From an uncultured Bacilli bacterium (GTDB lineage Bacteria > Bacillota_I > Bacilli_A > RF39 > UBA660), in the NCBI GenBank assembly GCA_934130165.1, contig CAKOXO010000004.1, forward strand, positions 51,415 through 115,414: 64,000 nucleotides of DNA, read 5' to 3'. Both the position numbers and the translations under genes were made by a program. This document shows positions 38,600-48,882 of the stretch, one piece after another. The notes below the pieces were generated by a model, which had not been told where the DNA came from, made no database searches, and was given only the letters and a program-made list of their open reading frames with translations. Within the stretch, counting starts at the first letter, position 1. Each line of letters opens with the position of its first letter.

Positions 38600-39521
38600 C
38601 TGTACTAATCACCTCCATAAAACATTCACTAAATGCAAGGGTTGTATTTAAAACTTCATTAGTTGTATTATCCACTCCACCAATTTCTACAAGTATAGTA
38701 TATTTGGAGTTATCTTGATTGTAGACTCCATTAACACCATCCCCTCCTTTTTCATATATTCCCTTGGATAGATTAGGATATTTTTCATTTAATTTATCAT
38801 TAATTTTTGTGGTAAACTCCAAGTTTTCCTTATAATTTTTATTTTCTAATCCTATTAAAAAAACTATTTTTGCATATTTTTTATTTCCTATTTCAACTGT
38901 TGTTTTATCCCCTTTCAAAGAATCTCTATGGACATCAATAAAATATTTTATAGATGGATACTTTGATTTACTGTCATCTAAATAGATTCTACTCGCATCA
39001 TAACTTTTATAGTATCGCCAATTATTATTGTTTAATATTTCCTTAATACTCCTTTCTTCAACTAAAGTATTAAAACTATTTTTATTAAAAACATCCTGTA
39101 ATATGTAAGATGACATCATAACACTTGGACTAACCTCACTTTCAACAAAGGTCGATGATGCATATTTTTCTTCTTGATGAGTATTATATATGTATATCAA
39201 ATAATCATTATTTTTATTATTTAATACCTTTTTAGATTTTTTAGGTACTAAATCATAGTAGCTAGTAGATAATAAATTAACGGGTGAGTAATTTTTTTTC
39301 ACCTTATTAAAAACATTCTTAAAAATATTATTATCATATTGAATATCCGAAAGTAAAAACCTCACCAAGTTTTTATCACTGATTTTTATATTAGATTTTA
39401 AAAGTGTTTTAAATGTCGTAGTAACGCTTAAGAGGAATAGCACAACAAAAAGAAGAAGCTTATATTTAAATCTTCTTTTTTTTCTTACTTTGCTGATAAA
39501 CTTTTTCTTCATACTCTTCAC
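38589..39521 (-). CDS. spoIIP: stage II sporulation protein P (SpoIIP)
   Basis: N-terminal transmembrane helix. 'LIYIYNTHQEEKYAS' corresponds to the SpoIIP 'IYHTHttESY' motif, and there is a C-terminal 'VLVEIGGVDNTTNEVLNTTLAFSE'. It follows gpr. Confidence 0.7.
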   Translation of the reverse strand: MKSMKKKFISKVRKKRRFKYKLLLFVVLFLLSVTTTFKTLLKSNIKISDKNLVRFLLSDIQYDNNIFKNVFNKVKKNYSPVNLLSTSYYDLVPKKSKKVLNNKNNDYLIYIYNTHQEEKYASSTFVESEVSPSVMMSSYILQDVFNKNSFNTLVEERSIKEILNNNNWRYYKSYDASRIYLDDSKSKYPSIKYFIDVHRDSLKGDKTTVEIGNKKYAKIVFLIGLENKNYKENLEFTTKINDKLNEKYPNLSKGIYEKGGDGVNGVYNQDNSKYTILVEIGGVDNTTNEVLNTTLAFSECFMEVISTDEG

Positions 39522-39550
39522 CTATTAGAATAGTACTACTAAAAGTTATT

Positions 39551-40600
39551 TTAATTTGTCGTATTATATGATTTATGTAAAACTTTATTTATGGAATTAG
39601 CAATTAATAATGATAACTTTTCCATAATAAAATCTATTTCTTTGGGGGTGACCATCAAATTATAATCAATTGGAGATAATACCTCATATATTAATTTCTT
39701 TAAATCATCATCTTTTAAAGTTCCAACTATCCCTAAGATCTTTTCTCTATTTTCAAGGGATAATTCCCCTTCTTCATTTAAATAGTTTTGATGTAATTCA
39801 TCAACGAACTTTAACTTTTTATTGTCAAGATTTTCTAGTTTATAATTGAATTGTTTCATCATATATTTAAATGTATCAGAAACTATTGTAACAGCATCAA
39901 CAATAGTTGGAACACCAATTGCAATAGTTGGTATATTAAAAGTTTTAGAATTCAATTCTTCTCTATTATTTCCAACTCCACTACCCGGCGCAATCCCAAC
40001 ATCTGTTATTTGAATAGTTTTATTAACCCTTTCAATTGATGATGATGCAAGAGCATCTATTATTATTAAAAAATCAGGTTTAGAAACATTAACTACTCCT
40101 TCAATCAATTTTTTTGTTTCTATTCCGGTAGTTCCAGTTACTCCAGGAGTAAAAGAAGAGGTATTTCTATATCCTTCTTCCACCTCACCTAAATCAAATA
40201 AATATCTAGTTACTAAAACATTTTCTATGCATTTAGGTCCTAGGCTATCAGGAGTTGATTTATTATTACCTAAACCTATAATTAAACATGAAGCATCATT
40301 ACTTATTTTTAATTTTTCCATTAAATCTCTTATTTCATCTATAAGTACTTTTTCTACCTTTTTAAAATTATCTTTATCTGTTATATCTTTAAATGTAAGT
40401 GTCTTATAAATTCCATCTTTTCTTTTATATATTTCAGAACTTTTTTTATCAATTATAATTTCTTCTACACTAACATTATCAAACTCTTTTTTATAACTTT
40501 TAATATCACTATTATCAGAAGAAGTATCTATAGTATCTACTATCATATCTGTTCTTATATTTATATTTTTTAAATCTATTTCATGAGACATATATATCAC
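39551..40600 (-). CDS. gpr: germination protease (GPR endopeptidase)
   Basis: 'INIRTDMIVD' resembles the Gpr N-terminus. 349 aa. It is divergent from rpsT, as in Bacillus. The upstream region has a possible sigma-F/G-like 'GCAAATA-17-AATATTA' element (weak). Confidence 0.7.
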   Translation of the reverse strand: MIYMSHEIDLKNINIRTDMIVDTIDTSSDNSDIKSYKKEFDNVSVEEIIIDKKSSEIYKRKDGIYKTLTFKDITDKDNFKKVEKVLIDEIRDLMEKLKISNDASCLIIGLGNNKSTPDSLGPKCIENVLVTRYLFDLGEVEEGYRNTSSFTPGVTGTTGIETKKLIEGVVNVSKPDFLIIIDALASSSIERVNKTIQITDVGIAPGSGVGNNREELNSKTFNIPTIAIGVPTIVDAVTIVSDTFKYMMKQFNYKLENLDNKKLKFVDELHQNYLNEEGELSLENREKILGIVGTLKDDDLKKLIYEVLSPIDYNLMVTPKEIDFIMEKLSLLIANSINKVLHKSYNTTN

Positions 40601-40693
40601 CTAATAATAATATTTACAAAAATATCAATTTTATTTGCATTTTTCTATATTTTTTGATAGAATTAATGTGTTTACAAAAGTGAGGTGAAAAAG

Positions 40694-40957
40694 ATGCCAA
40701 ATATTAAAAGTGCTAAGAAACGTGTTCGTTCTAATGCTAAAAAGGAAAAAGTTAATACTTATATAACTTCAAGTATGAGAACTGCAATTAAAAAATTTGA
40801 AAAAGAAGTTAAAGCTGGTAACGTTGAAAATGCTAATAATAACTTAAATGTTGCTATTCAAAGAATCGATAAGGCTAAAAAAAGTGGTTTAATTCATCAA
40901 AATAAGGCTAGTCGTTTAAAATCAAGATTAACAAAAGAAAAAAATGCTATGAAGTAA
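40694..40957 (+). CDS. rpsT: 30S ribosomal protein S20
   Basis: 'MPNIKSAKKRVRSNAKK'. The start is set at ATG 40694, with a GAGGTGA ribosome-binding site 5 nt upstream. Confidence 0.9.
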   Translation: MPNIKSAKKRVRSNAKKEKVNTYITSSMRTAIKKFEKEVKAGNVENANNNLNVAIQRIDKAKKSGLIHQNKASRLKSRLTKEKNAMK

Positions 40958-41005
40958 TGGAAGTTACTTCTTTTTTATGCTATAATGTATCCTAGGTGAA
41001 TAGTA

Positions 41006-41923
41006 ATGATTAAGAAAATTTTAGTAACTGGTATATTATTAATAGTTTTTGGTGTAACACTACTCTACAAAGATCAAATCTTAAAAACTTATTATGATTA
41101 CTTTGTAAAAGAAACTAGAGAAGTTAAATTAAGTAGTAATGAAAAAAATAAATACTATAGAGATTATGACTTTCTATATGTTCAAAATACAACTAATTTT
41201 AAACCTAAAAATAAGCAAGATTTACTAAATATAATTTATACTGTTTTAAATTCTGGCAAAACAAAATTCACATTTTATTGCCCAGAAGAATATAAAAGTT
41301 GTCTACCTGATGTAAAGAGTCTTGCAAAGGATCAGGTAACCCTATCAAATATAAATAACTATGTTCATCCATATAACAGTTTTAAAAATATATCAACACA
41401 AACTGATACTTTAGGAACTGTAACATTAAATATTGAAAAAGCATACTCTGATACTGATATCAAATTAATTGAAGAAACCGTTAAAAATATTGAAAGTCAA
41501 ATATTTGATTCTAATTTATCTACCGAAGATCAAATTAGAAAAATACATGATTATATAATAGATAATGCTAAATATGATTCTAACAGAACTGATAATAATG
41601 TTATTGAATATAAATCTGACATTGCTTATGGACCTCTTCTTGAAGGTTATGGAATATGTGGTGGATATTCAGATGCTATGGCAATATTTTTAAATGATTT
41701 AGGAATAAAAAATTATAAAGTTTCAAGTGCAGCACACGTTTGGAATGCTGTTGAATTATATAATAACTGGTATCACTTAGACTTAACTTGGGATGATCCA
41801 GTAACAAATACTGGAGTTGATTTATTAGAAGATAAATTTTTCCTTATATCAACTGAACAACTCCAAACTCAAGAACCATCACAACATAATTTTGATTTAA
41901 ATGTTTATAAAGAGTTTTCTTAA
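41006..41923 (+). CDS. secreted transglutaminase-like cysteine peptidase domain protein
   Basis: N-terminal transmembrane helix and a Cys-His-Asp core 'GICGGYSDAMAIFLNDLGI...AHVWNAVEL...HLDLTWDD'. Confidence 0.7.
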   Translation: MIKKILVTGILLIVFGVTLLYKDQILKTYYDYFVKETREVKLSSNEKNKYYRDYDFLYVQNTTNFKPKNKQDLLNIIYTVLNSGKTKFTFYCPEEYKSCLPDVKSLAKDQVTLSNINNYVHPYNSFKNISTQTDTLGTVTLNIEKAYSDTDIKLIEETVKNIESQIFDSNLSTEDQIRKIHDYIIDNAKYDSNRTDNNVIEYKSDIAYGPLLEGYGICGGYSDAMAIFLNDLGIKNYKVSSAAHVWNAVELYNNWYHLDLTWDDPVTNTGVDLLEDKFFLISTEQLQTQEPSQHNFDLNVYKEFS

Positions 41924-41949
41924 TACTCTTTATTTTTTTAATAAAAAAA

Positions 41950-41965
41950 CTGCTATTTCTAGCAG
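41950..41965 (-). terminator. rho-independent terminator after a minus-strand small ORF
   Basis: Hairpin CTGCTA-GAAA-TAGCAG followed by TTTTTTT on the minus strand. It has A-runs on both sides, so it may act bidirectionally. Confidence 0.55.
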
Positions 41966-41980
41966 AAAAACTATATAGTT

Positions 41981-42148
41981 TTATTCCATATTTTCTAATT
42001 TATTCATCATTTTACTAGCTGCATTCTTAGCAGCACATTTGATATCTTCTATAGCATCTGGATTTTTCTTCTTATACATCATCCAAGATGCAAAACCTGT
42101 CCCAACAATAGCAGTCATGGCTAAGGCTTTTTTTGTATTTTTATTCAC
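41981..42148 (-). CDS. small membrane protein (55 aa); not in the ORF track
   Basis: GTG start preceded by AGGTGA. It encodes 'MNKNTKKALAMTAIVGTGFASWMMYKKKNPDAIEDIKCAAKNAASKMMNKLENME', with one transmembrane helix, and is followed by a strong terminator. Confidence 0.35.
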   Translation of the reverse strand: MNKNTKKALAMTAIVGTGFASWMMYKKKNPDAIEDIKCAAKNAASKMMNKLENME

Positions 42149-42204
42149 ATTATCACCTCACTAGAAAATATGTGGTACTTTGTACCATTATTATTATGAG
42201 GTTT

Positions 42205-44403
42205 TTATTTATTGTTTATACCATTTTTTAAAAAATTTGCTATAGTAGTATTTCTTATATCAACATTGTTATTATTAATTGCTAAACATAAGGCTTTATA
42301 GTTGCCTATTAAATATAGTTTCTTTTTACTTCTAGTAACTGCAGTGTAAATTAGCTTTCTATATAACATTTTATTATAAGTTTGTACTATTGGAATGACC
42401 ACTACATCAAATTCACTCCCTTGGGATTTATGAATACTTATTGAATAAGCTAGTTTAAAATTATTAAAATTACTAGGAGTATACTTTACTAAATTACCAT
42501 CAAAATCAATATATATTTCCCTATTACCTTTATTAGTAATCTTATATATCTGACCAATATCTCCATTAAAAACATTGTCATCAGGTTGATTAGTTAGTTG
42601 TATTACTTTATCTGTTTCTCTATAAGTGACGTCACCAACTTTTATTTCGTTTTTATTTTTTGCTTTTTTATTAAATATATTCTGGAGTTTTAAATTAATA
42701 TTATCTATTCCATTAATTGTTTTATAAATAGGTGCAAGTACCTGAAAGTTTTTGTAACTTAAATCCTTATATGTATTTGCTATTTCACAAATGTTATCTA
42801 TTACTAAATCGCTATCACATTCAATGAATGTTAGATCGTCTGAAATATTAAACAAATCTTTATTAAAATCTCCATTTTTAATATCATAAGCTAGACTAAT
42901 TATATTTGAACCTTCTTCTTGTCTATAAAGTTCTTTTAAATAGCAAACATTAAGCATATTACTACTAATCAAATCGTGTAACACTTGCCCTGGTCCAACA
43001 GATGGTAATTGGTCATAATCTCCTATTAAAATAATTTTAGTATTAACACTAATACCTTTTAATAAATTACTAAATAAATATGTATCTATCATACTAGCTT
43101 CATCTATAATTACAAATTCAACCTTACTTTTATTGTATTCATTAATTGCAAAAGTATCATTTTCTCTATTCCATTTTAAAAATCTATGAATAGTAGAAGC
43201 TTTAAATCCTGTTGTTTCACACATTCTTTTTGCTGCCCTTCCAGTGGGTGCTAAAAGGGCTACTTTTTCCATTAATTTTTCATTATTAAATTTATTTACT
43301 CTCTTATATAACTCTAATATAGCTTTTAAAATAGTTGTTTTTCCAGTACCTGGACCTCCTGTTATAATTAATAAACTTTTAAGATAAGAGTCCTTTATAG
43401 CCATTTTTTGTTCTTTATTATACTCTATATCAAAGTATTCTTCTAAATCCTTTATTTTTTTGTCTATATCTTTTAAGTTCTTATCAGGTTCATGATTTAA
43501 AATATTAAGTCTAGATGTTATAAGCTTTTCAGCTTCAAACATATCTCTTAAATAATAATTATCATCATACAAAACTATCTTCAAGTCTTTTTCCAGAGAT
43601 TTTAATCTTTCATTAAATTTTTTCTCGCCTATTCTTACACCTAAAATTCTTGGCAAATATACTAAGATATTTTCATATTTAAAATAACTATGGCCAAAAC
43701 TGTTTGCCAACTCTCTCATTATATAAATAATACTAGCATCGATTCTAATATCAGAATCAGATTCAATATTTAATCTTCTTGCTATTAAGTCAACTTTTCT
43801 AAAACTCATACTTGTAATATCATCAATTAATGAATAAATATTTTCTTCTATTTTTGCTATTGCATTTTTTCCATATTTTTTGTATATTATCATACTATCT
43901 TTTGTATTAAAACCAATTTTATTTAAATACAAAATGGTTTCATAACTAGATTCATATTCGACTAATCCATTATGTAGTATATCTATATTTTTTTTAGTTA
44001 CAGTTGGAACTAATGATAATTGCTCTGGATTATTAATAATGATTTTTAAGGTATCTTTTCCTAAAGCATTAACTATTTTCTCTGCTTTTTTATCACCTAT
44101 TCCTTTAAATAATCCAGAAGATAGAAATTCAACAATAGCATCCTTTTCTACTGGTTTAGTTATTTCATACCTATTTACTTGAAATTGATCACCATATTTA
44201 GGATGAGTTATTAAATCACCATAAAATATATAATTATCTATTTCGTTTAATTCATGAAAATAACCAGTAAATGTTATAGTCCTGCCAACATAATTAGATA
44301 AATTATCAATATTAGTTTCCCCTACTTTGAATATACCTATTATATAACCATTATCACTTGTAAAAATACTTTTTCTATACTGACCTTTTATATATCCTTC
44401 CAT
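42205..44403 (-). CDS. recD2: ATP-dependent RecD-like DNA helicase (RecD2)
   Basis: 'ITGGPGTGKTT', 'LLAPTGRAAKRM', 'VIIDEASM' and 'SIHKSQGSEFDVVV'. 732 aa. Confidence 0.85.
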   Translation of the reverse strand: MEGYIKGQYRKSIFTSDNGYIIGIFKVGETNIDNLSNYVGRTITFTGYFHELNEIDNYIFYGDLITHPKYGDQFQVNRYEITKPVEKDAIVEFLSSGLFKGIGDKKAEKIVNALGKDTLKIIINNPEQLSLVPTVTKKNIDILHNGLVEYESSYETILYLNKIGFNTKDSMIIYKKYGKNAIAKIEENIYSLIDDITSMSFRKVDLIARRLNIESDSDIRIDASIIYIMRELANSFGHSYFKYENILVYLPRILGVRIGEKKFNERLKSLEKDLKIVLYDDNYYLRDMFEAEKLITSRLNILNHEPDKNLKDIDKKIKDLEEYFDIEYNKEQKMAIKDSYLKSLLIITGGPGTGKTTILKAILELYKRVNKFNNEKLMEKVALLAPTGRAAKRMCETTGFKASTIHRFLKWNRENDTFAINEYNKSKVEFVIIDEASMIDTYLFSNLLKGISVNTKIILIGDYDQLPSVGPGQVLHDLISSNMLNVCYLKELYRQEEGSNIISLAYDIKNGDFNKDLFNISDDLTFIECDSDLVIDNICEIANTYKDLSYKNFQVLAPIYKTINGIDNINLKLQNIFNKKAKNKNEIKVGDVTYRETDKVIQLTNQPDDNVFNGDIGQIYKITNKGNREIYIDFDGNLVKYTPSNFNNFKLAYSISIHKSQGSEFDVVVIPIVQTYNKMLYRKLIYTAVTRSKKKLYLIGNYKALCLAINNNNVDIRNTTIANFLKNGINNK

Positions 44404-44407
44404 ATTA

Positions 44408-45676
44408 TTATTCTCCTATACAATATGGATATTCAATTTTCTTTATTTTTACCTTGTAAAATTCATTATTATTTAGCTTTTTTTGTATTTTTACATTTAG
44501 AAAATTACTAGTATGTCCAATACTATAAGAATCTTTAACCCCTTCTATTAAAACCTCTACCTCTTTTTCCATAAATTTTTCCATGTAATTAATTTCTAAT
44601 TCTTTTGATAATTCAATAAGGCGTTTGCTTCTTTTTTTCTTTTCTACATTATCTATATGATTAGGTAGACTTTCTGCTTTTGTTCCTGTCCTTAAAGAAA
44701 ATGGGAATACATGTATTTTACTAAATCCTATTTTTCTACATGTTTCAAGTGTTTTTTGAAACATAGATTCATCTTCTCCAGGAAATCCAACAATAACATC
44801 AGTAGATATAGCAATATTTGGTCTTATATTTCTTATTTTTTTTATTTTATCAAAATAGTAATTTAAATCATATTTACGATTCATTAATTTTAAAATCTCA
44901 TCACTACCAGCTTGTAGAGGAATATGCATATGATCAACAATAACATCATTATTTTTTATAATATCCAAAACCTCATCGGTTAACTCTGTTACTTCTATTG
45001 ATGATATTCTTAAACGCTTTAATCCGTCTATTTTTACTATTTCTCTTAATAAATCAGCAAAATTGGTATCTAAATCAACTCCATAATTTCCAGTATGAAT
45101 ACCAGTTAGTACAACCTCTTTATATCCATTTTTTACTAATGAGGTTATCTCTTCTATAACCTTATCTTTTTCTTTACTACGACACTTTCCTCTAACAAAT
45201 GGAATTATACAATAACTACAAAAATTTTCACAGCCATCCTGAATTTTTACAAACGCTCTAGTTCTTCCAGGAAATTCTGTTATATACATATCTTCAAACT
45301 CTTTTACTTCTTCCCTATATAGACGTTTTACTTGTTTTTTTCTCTCAAAGTATTCATCTAATATTGTTGCTATTTTTGATTTATCTCTATTACCTATAAT
45401 TATATCTAAACCCTCAATATTATAATCCTTATTTGCCTCTATAAAACATCCCATTGCAACAACACATGCATCTGGATTCTTTCTAATTGCATTTCTAATC
45501 ATTTTACGGCTTTTAATATCAGATGTATTAGTTACAGTACAAGTATTAATTATATAAACATCACAAACATCAGAGAATTCACCGATAATATAACCATTTT
45601 TCTTTAATATATTAGCAACGAATTCACTTTCATATGCATTTACTTTACACCCTAAAGTTAATATTCCTACTTTCAT
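44408..45676 (-). CDS. mtaB: tRNA methylthiotransferase, MtaB-like (radical SAM MTTase family)
   Basis: N-terminal MTTase domain, a 'CENFCSYC' radical SAM motif, and a C-terminal TRAM domain. 422 aa. Confidence 0.75.
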   Translation of the reverse strand: MKVGILTLGCKVNAYESEFVANILKKNGYIIGEFSDVCDVYIINTCTVTNTSDIKSRKMIRNAIRKNPDACVVAMGCFIEANKDYNIEGLDIIIGNRDKSKIATILDEYFERKKQVKRLYREEVKEFEDMYITEFPGRTRAFVKIQDGCENFCSYCIIPFVRGKCRSKEKDKVIEEITSLVKNGYKEVVLTGIHTGNYGVDLDTNFADLLREIVKIDGLKRLRISSIEVTELTDEVLDIIKNNDVIVDHMHIPLQAGSDEILKLMNRKYDLNYYFDKIKKIRNIRPNIAISTDVIVGFPGEDESMFQKTLETCRKIGFSKIHVFPFSLRTGTKAESLPNHIDNVEKKKRSKRLIELSKELEINYMEKFMEKEVEVLIEGVKDSYSIGHTSNFLNVKIQKKLNNNEFYKVKIKKIEYPYCIGE

Positions 45677-45745
45677 ACTTCTACCTCTTCTCTGCCTAGT
45701 AATTATATCATAATTAATGCAAAATAAAAAGTATCATAATGATAC

Positions 45746-46786
45746 TTAATCTAATTTCTTTTGTAATTCTTTAAGTACTGCCAGAAAGCTATTGGTTTTC
45801 TTAATTTCCTCATCTAATTTATCATAGTTAGCAGTATTTTCTAATTCCATATTATTATCACTTTTACTATCTTCTATTCCAAATATAGGTGATATAATAG
45901 GACTACTCTTAAATACTACATCTTCACTATAAGCTTTTTTAGGTTCTACTTGAACTGTATTTAAATCTTTTAATACAACTTTTGGTTTTACTTGATCAAT
46001 TACTACTTCTTCTTTGTTTTCTGTGATTGCTTCTACTTTATCTTCTGTTTCTATAGCATTAATTTCATTTTTAATATTTTTCATTCTTAATTCTAGATCT
46101 TCTAAACTAATAGGTTCATTACCTTCATCTTCATATTGAGTAACCTCATTTTGTTGGTATAAAACTTCACTTTTTTTCATTAATTCATCCATACTAATGA
46201 TTGCATTTTCTTCTTGTTCTTCTTCAAATTTAGTTAAGTCTATATTATTATTATTTTCTTCTTCAGCATTTTTAATTAATTCTTCTGTTACTTTTCTTAG
46301 TTCTTCTTTTGCTTCTTCTCTATTTGGTTCAGCATCTACATATTGTAATTGTTCTACTTCCTCTTTTACTTCATTAAATATTGATTCTACACTATTTTCT
46401 TCTAAAGTTTCAATTTCTGTATCATTTGCTCCTGCAGTTTTTTCATTAAATTCTTCTATTGGTATTACTAAAGGTTTTTCTTCTTCCTGTTTTATTTCTT
46501 CTTGAGGTTTAATATCATTTTTTGAACTTACTGTGTTATCAATACATTCAACAGTAGTATTTACTGGAGCAACATTTGTAGTTTCTTCAACTACTTTTTT
46601 ATCTTGCTCTTCTTTTTCCATTTCTTCTACAATTTCATTTATATCAATATTTTTTCTATTATTTTTATGCTTATAATAACTCTTTTCTATTAAAAATACT
46701 ATTAAAGCCAATAAAGAGGCAGTCAAAATGATTATACCTACTACCATCATTTCACTTGAAGTCATAAATTCTAATACATTACTCAT
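45746..46786 (-). CDS. N-anchored highly acidic E/K-rich protein
   Basis: Transmembrane helix 'MMVVGIIILTASLLALIVFLI' followed by a ~300-aa Glu-rich low-complexity region. The start was moved to ATG 46784-46786 (AGAGGTGA ribosome-binding site). Confidence 0.45.
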   Translation of the reverse strand: MSNVLEFMTSSEMMVVGIIILTASLLALIVFLIEKSYYKHKNNRKNIDINEIVEEMEKEEQDKKVVEETTNVAPVNTTVECIDNTVSSKNDIKPQEEIKQEEEKPLVIPIEEFNEKTAGANDTEIETLEENSVESIFNEVKEEVEQLQYVDAEPNREEAKEELRKVTEELIKNAEEENNNNIDLTKFEEEQEENAIISMDELMKKSEVLYQQNEVTQYEDEGNEPISLEDLELRMKNIKNEINAIETEDKVEAITENKEEVVIDQVKPKVVLKDLNTVQVEPKKAYSEDVVFKSSPIISPIFGIEDSKSDNNMELENTANYDKLDEEIKKTNSFLAVLKELQKKLD

Positions 46787-46988
46787 TATAGTCACCTCTA
46801 TCCTAAATTTTATCACAGACTTGATATTAAGGAAATTATTTTACGTAAATATATTTTTGATTTACTCAAATTTTACATATTTAATTAGTAAAATTTTACA
46901 TTTAGTATTGCTACATATCTATAACTCAATGATAACACAAAAAAATGTTTTTGAGTATATTTTTTGGACATTTTTCATATTTTTTATT

Positions 46989-48278
46989 ATGAAAGAAAAA
47001 TTTATACTATCAACTATTATACTTTTAATTGGTGGATTTCTTACAAAAATTTTAGGAATGATTATAAAAATAGTTATGACTAGATTAATGGGAAGTGAAG
47101 GAATCGGATTATATATGCTTATTCTTCCCACTTTTTCACTATTTATTTCCTTAGCACAAGCTGGATTTCCTATTGCTATATCAAAACTAGTCGCAGAAGA
47201 TAATAAAAATAATAAAAAACTTATCTTCTCTCTAATCCCATTATCATTAATAATTAATGTTTTCTTAATGATAATTATTATAATTATTGCACCATATCTT
47301 TCTACAAATTTACTCCATGATAAAAGATGTTTATATGGAATACTCGCTATAAGTTTAGTTATTCCTCTTACTACATTATCAAGTATATGTAGGAGTTATT
47401 TTTTCGGTAAGGAAAAAATGTTACCCCATGTTATCAGTAATTTATGTGAGGATATTGTAAGACTAATTCTTATTATAATAGGCATTCCATTAATATTAAA
47501 AAAGGGAATTGAATATGCAGTATGCTATGTAATACTTACCAATATTGTTAGTGAATTAACCTCAATATTAATTCTTTTCTTCTTTATACCTAAAAATGCA
47601 AAAATTCATAAATTTGATCTAAAACCAAGTAAAATGTATATAAAGGATTCATTAAATATATCAATACCTAATACAGCAGGAAGATTAATTGGTTCTATAG
47701 GATATTTCCTAGAGCCTATAATACTAACCTCATCTCTTTTATATGTTGGATATTCAAACAGTTTTATAGTTAATGAATATGGTATAATTTCTGGATATGT
47801 ACTACCAATTCTATTACTTCCTTCTTTTTTTACTATGGCCATATCCCAAGCATTACTTCCAGTAGTATCAAATCTATATGTAAGAAAAGATATTAAGGGA
47901 GTAAAAAGAAAAATTAAACAAGGATTATTTTTTTCACTATTAATTGGTAGTGCTGCTACTGTTATACTAATGCTATATCCGGATTTATTATTAAAGTTAG
48001 TTTATAACACAACAAAAGGAGCCAACTATGTTAGATTCCTTGCTCCTTTTTGTCTTCTTCAATATATTCAAGCACCACTTTCTTCCGCATTAGATGCAAT
48101 AGGACAAAGTAAAGATAATATGAAAGCTGTGCTTTATGGTACAATCATTAGAACCAGTTTATTATTTTTATTATCGCTGTTAAAGATTGGTATATGGTCT
48201 TTATTAATTTCAACTAGTATAAATATTATAGTTGTAACTCTATACAATTCTTATAAAATTAAAGTTAAACTAAATTAA
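46989..48278 (+). CDS. spoVB: stage V sporulation protein B-like MOP-superfamily flippase
   Basis: 'MKEKFILSTIILLIGGFLTKILGMIIKIVMTRLMGSEGIGLYMLILPTF...PIAISKLVAE' matches the recalled SpoVB N-terminus. The start is set at ATG 46989. The track start at 46728 overlaps the opposite gene, and an alternative ATG lies at 46929. Confidence 0.65.
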   Translation: MKEKFILSTIILLIGGFLTKILGMIIKIVMTRLMGSEGIGLYMLILPTFSLFISLAQAGFPIAISKLVAEDNKNNKKLIFSLIPLSLIINVFLMIIIIIIAPYLSTNLLHDKRCLYGILAISLVIPLTTLSSICRSYFFGKEKMLPHVISNLCEDIVRLILIIIGIPLILKKGIEYAVCYVILTNIVSELTSILILFFFIPKNAKIHKFDLKPSKMYIKDSLNISIPNTAGRLIGSIGYFLEPIILTSSLLYVGYSNSFIVNEYGIISGYVLPILLLPSFFTMAISQALLPVVSNLYVRKDIKGVKRKIKQGLFFSLLIGSAATVILMLYPDLLLKLVYNTTKGANYVRFLAPFCLLQYIQAPLSSALDAIGQSKDNMKAVLYGTIIRTSLLFLLSLLKIGIWSLLISTSINIIVVTLYNSYKIKVKLN

Positions 48279-48850
48279 TAACCTGTAGACGATGTTGATG
48301 AGGCAGGTATTTTACTTTTTGCAGCTTCATAAGTGTTCACAGCATTTTTACTATTTTCCCAAAAATATTTGATGGAGCTGGGGATTGTAGAAATTTCACT
48401 TGTTACTACCTTTTGAGTAGCTTTATCACCATAAAGTTCTTCTCTTGAAATTTCTCCTACTCCTCCTACTGTGGAACCGTTTTTCACCTCGACTAATTGT
48501 ACTTTATATTCTAAACTTCCATTATTATTTTTAACAATAACATATGACTTAGTTTTATCATACTCTCCCCCATTTGGAGGTTCGCTCAATTCATTTGACT
48601 TATCTAAAAATGGTAGTAGAAAACAATAACTATTTCCATTTGCAGGTTTTAAGTCAGTTGGATTAGATCTAACTTTATAAGCCGCTAAAGTTTCTAATTT
48701 TTTTGCATCTTCTATATAAGTTTTATTCTTGTTTCTTTGAACTATACCAATTACATTGGGAATAGCAATTAACATTAATGTAGCTAAAATTGCCATTGTT
48801 GCTAATAATTCAACTAAAGTAAAACCTTTTTCATTATTAATCATCTTCAT
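48275..48850 (-). CDS. type IV major pilin / ComGC-like prepilin
   Basis: 'MKMINNEKGFTLVELLATMAILATLMLIAIPNV' is a class III signal with Glu at +5. 191 aa. Confidence 0.8.
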   Translation of the reverse strand: MKMINNEKGFTLVELLATMAILATLMLIAIPNVIGIVQRNKNKTYIEDAKKLETLAAYKVRSNPTDLKPANGNSYCFLLPFLDKSNELSEPPNGGEYDKTKSYVIVKNNNGSLEYKVQLVEVKNGSTVGGVGEISREELYGDKATQKVVTSEISTIPSSIKYFWENSKNAVNTYEAAKSKIPASSTSSTGY

Positions 48851-48882
48851 ATTATCACCTACATCAATTATATCATGTATAA

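Noticed and set aside
40601-40684. Possible sigma-F/G-type promoter upstream of gpr ('GCAAATA-17-AATATTA')
   Set aside because: The match to the forespore consensus is weak and the region is very AT-rich. It is mentioned only as evidence for gpr.
46728-46988. N-terminal 87-aa extension of the spoVB-like ORF in the track
   Set aside because: It overlaps the convergent acidic-protein gene. The SpoVB homology begins at 'MKEKF' (46989).
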